Part shown: piece after piece, positions 57,148 through 64,000 of the stretch
Layout: each line of letters begins with the position of its first letter
Position numbering within the stretch: the first letter of the stretch is position 1
Assembly (NCBI GenBank): GCA_007135125.1
Contig: SLJK01000057.1
Span: 3,612-67,611, forward strand
DNA length: 64,000 nt
DNA from: Syntrophomonadaceae bacterium
Lineage (GTDB): Bacteria; Bacillota; Dethiobacteria; DTU022; UBA8154
Direction: 5' to 3'
Translations under genes and position numbers: made by a program
The notes under the pieces: model-generated
Database searches by the model: none
What the model was told of the DNA's origin: nothing
Seen by the model: only the letters and a program-made list of their open reading frames with translations

Positions 57148-58446
57148 ATGGAGAAAAGAGTTGTACTGGTTTATCCATATTTTCGGTATAAAGACCCGGT
57201 TTCCAAGCTATTTCCACCGTTAGGCATCGCCTATCTTGCCAGTCAGTTAAAAGAATATTCAATAGACGTCTACGTTATCGACTGTACTTTTGAGACCATA
57301 GATACTGCTGTAGAAAAGATTGTCTCCTTAAAACCTGCCATCATTGGGATGTCTATCATGGTATCATTGAGCCGGAGTTCCTTTGATATCGCTGCTCAAC
57401 TCCAGGCTTCTCTACCAGATACTATATTGGTAGCAGGGGGGGCATTACCCTCCGTTTATCCAGACCATTATTTTCGTCATTTTGACCTGGTATTTCAGGG
57501 GGAAAGCGACTTAATATTCTCCAGATTTTGTCGTGATTATTTGAATAGCAGTGATAAAATTGACTTTCTTAATCGCATTGATATACATGATTACCCGGGT
57601 ATTTGTATTAATACATCTAAAGGAATTATTTCAAGTCCAGCCGTGCACCACGACTCTAATATTCTTGACACTCTCCCCAGACCGGACCGTAGTTTTTTTC
57701 CACATGATCTATACCAGCTGCATTGGCATAACTCTCACCAAACCCCTCAAGCCAGTATAATGGTAACCCGCGGCTGTCCCCTTACCTGTGACTTTTGCTC
57801 TAAACCAGTATGGGGAAGTGTTTATCGTAAATTAGATTTAGATAATGTGTTTCTAGAAATCGATGATATTATTGATTACGGCTATGAAAGGCTTTGGATC
57901 GCAGATGATTCCTTTACTCTTGATCTATATTACCTGCGGGAATTCTGTCAACAAAAGCTATCACGAGGAATCAACATCGAATGGACATGTCTGTCCCGCA
58001 CCCGCGGCATAGATAAGGAAACGGTAGATTTAATGAAAGAGGCGGGTTGTGAAAAAGTATATCTGGGGCTTGAATCAGGCAGTGATGAAACATTACGCTT
58101 GATGGGCAAAAAAAGCACGGTCCAAGATGGGATCGATGCTGTTAAGGTATTAACTCAAGCAGGAATTAGTGCTGCCGGCTTTTTCATTGTAGGATATCCC
58201 GGAGAAACTGTAGGTTCAATAGAAAAGACCTTTTCCTTGGCATTAAGCCTTCCTTTAGAAGAACTTTCCATTAACGTGCCCCTACCATTACCCGGTTCGG
58301 CTCTTTATTCGAAGGTTTGTCATCTTAATTCCGATGAAGACTGGGAAATAGCAAGCGCTGCAAGCTTTGTATATAAATCAGAGCACAACCAGGATTGGCT
58401 GAAGAAGCGAATTAAAGAAACCCTGGCGAGTTTCAAGGAACGTTAA
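57148..58446 (+). CDS. B12-binding-domain radical SAM protein (class B)
   Basis: N-terminal cobalamin-binding-like Rossmann domain. CPLTCDFC (Cx3Cx2C). ATG 57148 after AAGGGG. Confidence 0.8.
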   Translation: MEKRVVLVYPYFRYKDPVSKLFPPLGIAYLASQLKEYSIDVYVIDCTFETIDTAVEKIVSLKPAIIGMSIMVSLSRSSFDIAAQLQASLPDTILVAGGALPSVYPDHYFRHFDLVFQGESDLIFSRFCRDYLNSSDKIDFLNRIDIHDYPGICINTSKGIISSPAVHHDSNILDTLPRPDRSFFPHDLYQLHWHNSHQTPQASIMVTRGCPLTCDFCSKPVWGSVYRKLDLDNVFLEIDDIIDYGYERLWIADDSFTLDLYYLREFCQQKLSRGINIEWTCLSRTRGIDKETVDLMKEAGCEKVYLGLESGSDETLRLMGKKSTVQDGIDAVKVLTQAGISAAGFFIVGYPGETVGSIEKTFSLALSLPLEELSINVPLPLPGSALYSKVCHLNSDEDWEIASAASFVYKSEHNQDWLKKRIKETLASFKER

Positions 58447-58682
58447 TAAACCATCTTGGATATAAACCTTTGTACAATATAGTTGTTTTCACTCCTGCAA
58501 AATTTTATGCTAAAATAAAAAATAAGGGCCTAATTGAAATAAAAACCGGCCGAAAGGGGAAGCGGTCTTTGCACAGGAAAAAATAGAAGTAGGATGGGCA
58601 GCCGATGTATTATTTTGCCTTTTTGAAAAAGAGCACTGAGTTCGTCTATCCATATAAGGATAAGTAATAGGGGGGCAAAGCA

Positions 58683-59381
58683 ATGGTTCACAGGGTCAAC
58701 AGGGAAACTTACATAGTTATCGGCTGCGGTCATTTTGGTCATAGGGCTGTGCAAGCCCTTAAAAGTCTATCTCCATCGCCCCGGGTCATAGCGGTTGATC
58801 GTGATAGGAATCAACTCCGAGCGGTAGAAAGGCGAGCAGATCAGGTTCATCACGGGGACGGTATACATTACCTGGCAGGGTTGCCTGAGTCGCAGGCGGT
58901 TTCATATTGGATAGTGCCTGCTTTACCCCTGCATTTAGCTTTGGAATGGATGCTGTATACACTGAACAGGGCAGGCGCCACCTACACAGCAGAAAGGTTG
59001 CCGTTGCCAAAGGCATTTAACCCGAGAAAGGTATTGTGGCAGCACTGTACCCCCACTGGAACATTTTATTGCAGCCTTAGTGATTTTACCTGCCCGGACG
59101 ATTGCCCTGAACCAGAGGAATACTGCTATGTAACACAGCAGCCTCGTCCAACTCCTCTATACCTGATCCTGAAGGAAATAACATGCGCTGGGTACCATTC
59201 CCTGGTCGTACGCAGCCGAATTATCGTGCCCGGAGTAGGCGGCTACCCCTTTGCTGATTTGCTGACGTTGCGCTCCTTTTTATTAAGCAATGAGGGTAAT
59301 TATTTGTTGAGTACAGCATGCACTTGCCATGGTATTGCTGGCGCCATTTCTATTTTTGCAAAAGAAAAGCAGGAGAAGTAG
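58683..59381 (+). CDS. Hypothetical protein: N-terminal NAD(P)-binding-like GxGxxG (IVIGCGHFG) plus Cys-rich central region
   Basis: 232-aa ORF, RBS GGGGGG, higher GC. Motifs CPDDCPEPEEYC and CTCHG. Confidence 0.45.
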   Translation: MVHRVNRETYIVIGCGHFGHRAVQALKSLSPSPRVIAVDRDRNQLRAVERRADQVHHGDGIHYLAGLPESQAVSYWIVPALPLHLALEWMLYTLNRAGATYTAERLPLPKAFNPRKVLWQHCTPTGTFYCSLSDFTCPDDCPEPEEYCYVTQQPRPTPLYLILKEITCAGYHSLVVRSRIIVPGVGGYPFADLLTLRSFLLSNEGNYLLSTACTCHGIAGAISIFAKEKQEK

Positions 59382-60010
59382 ATGCTGGAATGCTTATGCC
59401 ATTTTGTTATAAGCTGGCAATCAGCTCTGCGGCAACCAGCCCAACGTTGACAATGCACCCTATAATGCTAAAATATTCTAAATGCCGCTACTATTTCTAT
59501 GCTTTTAGTAGTACTAAGCTTAACGAAAATAGTTTTTGTGAAAACAAAAGGAAAAATTACCAATGTCAGAAGCTCCATCCCCAGAAGTTAACTCTCCAGC
59601 ATGAGGAAAGAGCTTTTTACCTCACGTACGGGTAAAGGAAAAAGTGTTGTGTGGCAAAGAGAAGACCCCTGCGACAGACAAAAACTACGATCCGTGCCCC
59701 GGAATCCCAAAAATCCAGGATTAATGAATTTCTGGAGAAAATAGGGGATGCAAGCGTAAGGTGCGGTATTGATGAAAATGACGTGTGCCACCTCATTGAA
59801 AGAATTACGGGAAGAAAAGAATAACCGGATTAAAGAAAACTCTAAGGAGCCGAAGAGCCACTCGGCTCCTTAGAGTTCTAGCCCATGGTAGAAGAAACTG
59901 GAGAAATTGAAGACACATAGACCGGAGCGACTGTAAGGGGAACAAAAATTATCAGTGCTATTAGGGACGGTCTGAACTGAGGACTTTATTAAAGGACATT
60001 TTAATTCAAT

Positions 60011-60046
60011 GGCGCTCCTATGATATAACAGGAGCGCCATTTTTTA
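60011..60046 (+). terminator. Rho-independent terminator
   Basis: GGCGCTCCT / AGGAGCGCC stem followed by ATTTTTT. Confidence 0.8.
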
Positions 60047-60326
60047 TGCAGTCGAGAATTGGTTTGTGCACATCTTCTTGCATATCATACATGATTGGCT
60101 GAATAGGAAGCAGCAGCAAAAGCAGGAAAATATTTTATAACGGGCAGGAAGTATAAGGCAACAAATGGAACTATAAAATATTATTTAGATCAATTGCATA
60201 TATTGCAATAATTTATGGGGAGATGGAGTAAATGTGGGGGTTGTAGGGTGTAAGAAGAGATACCAGCCACCTTTCGCCTGCAATCGTTTCCTTTGAAGCT
60301 GTTTTGACAATTAAGTAACGAGACAG

Positions 60327-61382
60327 TTGGGAGGCATCCGGGAAAACTATATGGGCAAAAAAAGTACGGCGAAATTAAAGGGATTGTCTTTTCTGAGAAA
60401 AGCCCTTTTTAACAGTAAGGTTAAAAAGAGGCCCATCTTTCTCTCTCATCTGATAACAACCCGCTGTAACTGCAGTTGCCCCATGTGCCTGTGGCGAGAT
60501 AATAACCCGGACTTGGAGATGAGCACGGTGGAAGTTTTAAACTTTTACCGTGACAGCGCCAGAGAAGGGTTTGTCTCCACGGGGATATGGGGAGGAGAGC
60601 CACTTCTGCGCAACGACCTGGAGGAAATATTGCGGGGCGCACACAGGGCGGGCCTTACAACTGTACTACTTACCAATGGTTATTACTTAGAAGAGCGCCT
60701 GGAAGAGCTCTCGCCCTGGCTGGATAGCGTGGTCCTTTCCCTGGACTACCCCGGTGAGGAGCACGACCGCATGAGAGGATGCCCCGGCCTTTATCAGAAG
60801 GTAACAAGATCTGTAGAACTGCTGCGCTCTCGCCACCCCCATATCAAAATACTTGTTAACTGCCTGCTGCACCGCGGGAACGAGAGAAACATTCCAGCCC
60901 TTGCCGACCTGGTGAAAGAGATGGAGGTTTCCTTTTACGTTTGTCCGGTAAAGGCGGAGGAACTGCCCGGGGAGGGGGGCCGCTCTGTTGAAGGCTGGGA
61001 GGCAGAGGGAGAGGACGAAAAGGAGGCCGTGCGCCAGCTGCTTCGTTTAAAAAAAGAGGGTTATCCGCTGAACAATTCTTATACCTACCTGCGGGAATTT
61101 TTGGGGCAGAAAAAGCCTTTCACTTGCCATCTTCCCCTTGTAGCACTGCTGGTGCGCCCGGACGGTGAGGTGGTTAATTGCTTGGATCCTGCAAATCCGC
61201 CGGGAAATGTTAGGAAGCAGTCTGTAGGACAGATCTTGCGAGGTGCCGCTTATAGGAAAATGCGCTTGGGGGCAAGGGAATGCCAACACTGCAATAACCC
61301 CAATGTGGTGGAGACTTCTTACCTTTGGGAGTTGAGAAGGGAACCTTTAATAAACGCCCTGAGCGTGCTTTCCAGGAGATAA
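60327..61382 (+). CDS. Radical SAM protein with C-terminal auxiliary Cys cluster (twitch/SPASM-like)
   Basis: CNCSCPMC (Cx3Cx2C with an extra Cys), GGEPLL, C-terminal C...C...CxxC. Confidence 0.75.
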   Translation: MGGIRENYMGKKSTAKLKGLSFLRKALFNSKVKKRPIFLSHLITTRCNCSCPMCLWRDNNPDLEMSTVEVLNFYRDSAREGFVSTGIWGGEPLLRNDLEEILRGAHRAGLTTVLLTNGYYLEERLEELSPWLDSVVLSLDYPGEEHDRMRGCPGLYQKVTRSVELLRSRHPHIKILVNCLLHRGNERNIPALADLVKEMEVSFYVCPVKAEELPGEGGRSVEGWEAEGEDEKEAVRQLLRLKKEGYPLNNSYTYLREFLGQKKPFTCHLPLVALLVRPDGEVVNCLDPANPPGNVRKQSVGQILRGAAYRKMRLGARECQHCNNPNVVETSYLWELRREPLINALSVLSRR

Positions 61383-61512
61383 ATACAATTTCCCTGGCAA
61401 GCCGGTACCTGGGGAAAAAAGGTGTTCTGATGATATTTTCCCGTAGCGTGGGAGGCAGGGAAGATGGCGGTCAGTTTTTGTTCACAAAAAAGTATAGGGG
61501 GATAAACAGACA

Positions 61513-62535
61513 GTGCTTTCGCGCCGGAAAAAAGTTGCCCGCCTTTTTCGCAAAATAGTTCTGGGACGCCTTGCAGGCAGCGGCCCCTTTTTCCTCTCAC
61601 ACCTGGTAACGGCAAGGTGTAATTGCCGTTGTCCCGGTTGCTTGTGGAGGGACAATAACTCAGCAGAGATGGGGACGCAAGAGGTAGAGGATCTGTACAG
61701 GGCAGCCGCTAAAAGGGGCTTTGTGGCCAATGTCCTGTGGGGAGGGGAGCCCCTCTTGCGAAAAGACCTTCCCCGTTTATGCAGCACTTCGCAGCTGGAA
61801 AGGATGCTAACTGTGGTTATCACCAACGGCTATTACCTGGCGGAGCGCTGCGAAGAACTGGTGCCCCATGTAGACGGCCTGATCATATCCCTGGACTACG
61901 CCCGTCCCGAGAATCATGACGCTTACCGCCGTTGCCCGGGGTTGTTCGCCAGGGCTGTAGAGGGGATCCGGCGAGTGCGTTCCCGTTATCCAAAAGTGAG
62001 GGTATTCCTGAATTGCCTGCTGCATCGCGGCAACGAAGAAGAAGTGGAAGAAGTAGCTTGCCTGGGCCGGGAACTGGGTGTCTCTGTCTTTTTTTCGCCG
62101 GCCATGGAAGGGCTCTCTCTCGAAAACGGTTTTCATAATAAGGAGGCCCTGCCTGTACCGGAAAGCCTCCGAAAAGCAGCAGCCCGCCTGCTGGAACTGA
62201 AAAAGAGCGGTCTGCCTGTAAACAACTCTCGCCGTTACCTGCAAGAGTACTTACTCGAGGGTCAGGGCTTCAGCTGCCGAGTGCCGCTGGTTTTCATGAC
62301 CGTCATGGCCGACGGCACCGCACTCAACTGCTTTACACCGGAGCGGCCGCTAGGAAACATCAGGGAGGAGGGTTTCGAAGGGATCCTGGACAAACAGAGC
62401 CGGAAAAAACTCCTCCATCTTGGACAAAGGTGTCAAAAATGTATCGTCCCGGACGTGGTGGACACATCCTTTATTTGGCAGCTGAGCCCGGAGCCTCTTT
62501 ATAACGCGTTGCGGGTTTTCCTTAAGGGAGAATAG
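61513..62535 (+). CDS. Radical SAM protein, tandem paralog of the preceding gene
   Basis: CNCRCPGC, GGEPLL, C-terminal C...C...CxxC. Roughly 50% identical to 60327..61382. GTG start. Confidence 0.75.
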   Translation: MLSRRKKVARLFRKIVLGRLAGSGPFFLSHLVTARCNCRCPGCLWRDNNSAEMGTQEVEDLYRAAAKRGFVANVLWGGEPLLRKDLPRLCSTSQLERMLTVVITNGYYLAERCEELVPHVDGLIISLDYARPENHDAYRRCPGLFARAVEGIRRVRSRYPKVRVFLNCLLHRGNEEEVEEVACLGRELGVSVFFSPAMEGLSLENGFHNKEALPVPESLRKAAARLLELKKSGLPVNNSRRYLQEYLLEGQGFSCRVPLVFMTVMADGTALNCFTPERPLGNIREEGFEGILDKQSRKKLLHLGQRCQKCIVPDVVDTSFIWQLSPEPLYNALRVFLKGE

Positions 62536-62854
62536 ATGAATGGAAACGAAAGACTATATTAAATACATGGGATTTTGACAAAAATATAAAGAAATAGCGG
62601 TTTGAAACTTTTTTTATGGTTCAAAATTATGCGAATATTACATAATAGGCAGGAAATATAAGACAAATATGGAACTATAAACTATAAAAAAATTATTAGC
62701 TCAATAGAGTATATTACAGCAATTTGTGAGGGGAAGGTGATCAGTATAGTAGATCTTATCCTCGCTTTAATTCCCAAAAATGAATGAGCTTCCTCATCGT
62801 CTTATCAGGACAAGGCTCGGAAGAAAAGACTTCAAAATATTAGGAGGTATTATT

Positions 62855-64000
62855 ATGGAAGCTTTAACCGGCGGTGCACTGCTGGCCAAACTCCTCAAAA
62901 ATGCAGGGGTAAAATATGTATTTGGGGTCCCCGGGGGGCAGCTTTTCCCTTTTATGGATGCTGTATCACGGGATGAAGAGATGACTTTTATCACCACAAG
63001 GCACGAGCAAAACGGCGCCCACATGGCAGATGCCGTAGCCAGGTTGACGGGTAAACCCGCAGCCTGTTTCGGGACCACCGGTCCCGGAGCCACAAACATG
63101 TTTCCAGGAGTGGCGGCAGCCTCTGCCGACAATATTCCCATCTTCGTTATCACCCCCAACAACCAGTCTTTTTGTGTATATCCCAGCATCGGTTCACTGC
63201 AGGACGGAGACCACTTCCAGATGTACAAGACAGTCACCAAGTGGAATGCCGTGGTAAACAGCAGGGAAAGGATATCGGAACTGGTAGCCACGGCCTTGAG
63301 ACATGCCACAAATGGCAGGCCCGGTCCTGTCCACCTGGATTTTCCTACCGATGTGCTCTTTGAGACGGCTGAAGAGGATGTCTCTCCCAGGTTTTACCGT
63401 TCCCAGAAGCCCAGAAGCGAGCCCCGGCAGGTGGAACTTGTGGCTAAAATGCTTAAGGAAGCAAAAAGGCCCCTCCTTTTGGCAGGGGGTGGGGTGGTAA
63501 GGTCGCAAGCATGGGAAGAATTCCGCAAAGTTGCCACAATGGGAATTCCCGCTACAACAACTCCCATGGGCGACGGATGCGTAGACTTAAAAAGCAATTA
63601 TTACTTTGGAGGGGCCGGCTGGCTGGGCGGTGAACCGGTCATCAAGGCTCTTTCCCGGGCCGATGTGCTCGTGGCAGTGGGATGTCGTTTTTCTACATGG
63701 ATGGGGCACGGCAGGCCACCCATCTTCGGTAATGCAGGAGAACAAAAAATTATCCAGGTGGACATCAAAGGGGAGGTAATTGGACAAAATGCCCCTGTAG
63801 AGCTGGGCATCGTCTCCGACGCCAAACTATTTCTTGAAGAGCTGGAAGAGGCCCTGCGGAATATTTCCCTGGACAACAAGGAGGAGTGGGATAGCTGGGG
63901 AAATGAACTTGCCGGCAGCTACAAGAGTTACATGGGTGAATTGATGCAGCTGGCGGACCAGTCCTCAGATCCCATGAACGAAGCAACAGCTCTAAGGGAG
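62855..64000 (+). CDS. Thiamine-diphosphate-dependent enzyme of the acetolactate synthase family (3' partial at window edge)
   Basis: ORF open to the window end, RBS AGGAGG. N-terminal TPP_enzyme_N (GVKYVFGVPGGQ..) and central domains. Not in the ORF track because it has no stop. Confidence 0.7.
   Translation, partial: MEALTGGALLAKLLKNAGVKYVFGVPGGQLFPFMDAVSRDEEMTFITTRHEQNGAHMADAVARLTGKPAACFGTTGPGATNMFPGVAAASADNIPIFVITPNNQSFCVYPSIGSLQDGDHFQMYKTVTKWNAVVNSRERISELVATALRHATNGRPGPVHLDFPTDVLFETAEEDVSPRFYRSQKPRSEPRQVELVAKMLKEAKRPLLLAGGGVVRSQAWEEFRKVATMGIPATTTPMGDGCVDLKSNYYFGGAGWLGGEPVIKALSRADVLVAVGCRFSTWMGHGRPPIFGNAGEQKIIQVDIKGEVIGQNAPVELGIVSDAKLFLEELEEALRNISLDNKEEWDSWGNELAGSYKSYMGELMQLADQSSDPMNEATALRE

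Noticed and set aside
59318-59791. ORFs 59318..59635+ (105 aa) and 59588..59791- (67 aa) as protein-coding genes
   Set aside because: They overlap the 3' end of the preceding gene or each other. They lack an RBS and have low-complexity composition. Only the short RBS-associated ORFs are retained, as speculative findings.
1-64000. CRISPR arrays, transposases, IS elements, rRNA genes
   Set aside because: No regularly spaced short repeats, no DDE/HTH transposase-like ORFs and no rRNA-like segments were found on scanning both strands. The only stable RNA genes supported are tRNA-Pro and the OLE candidate.

Overview
This 64 kb window looks like a sporulating, low-GC Firmicutes (Clostridia/Peptococcaceae-like) chromosome, translation table 11. 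Positions 1 to ~39 kb are conserved core with Bacillus-like synteny: a NuoF-like subunit, a giant GltD/NuoG-like fusion oxidoreductase, three tandem folD paralogs, xseA, xseB, ispA, a ~600-nt non-coding gap that I assign to OLE RNA followed by oapA, dxs, tlyA, nadK, recN, xerD, deoB, pdp, trpS, scpA, scpB, rluB, cmk, plsC, an ispH-rpsA fusion, a PDZ/radical-SAM protein, der, plsY, gpsA and an OpuC-type osmoprotectant ABC transporter. Positions ~39.5 to 64 kb are a mosaic accessory region next to a tRNA-Pro(GGG). It holds gene fragments, a high-GC (>60%) drrAB-like ABC exporter, alpha/beta hydrolases, GC-rich redox genes, and three pairs of duplicated promoter-like repeats (~36 bp, ~84 bp, ~100 bp). 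It ends in a candidate biosynthetic cluster: a hypothetical protein, a B12-binding radical SAM, a Rossmann/Cys-rich protein, two tandem paralogous radical SAM proteins and a TPP-dependent enzyme. I saw no transposase and no CRISPR array. Two core genes (tlyA, deoB) seem to lack canonical start codons.
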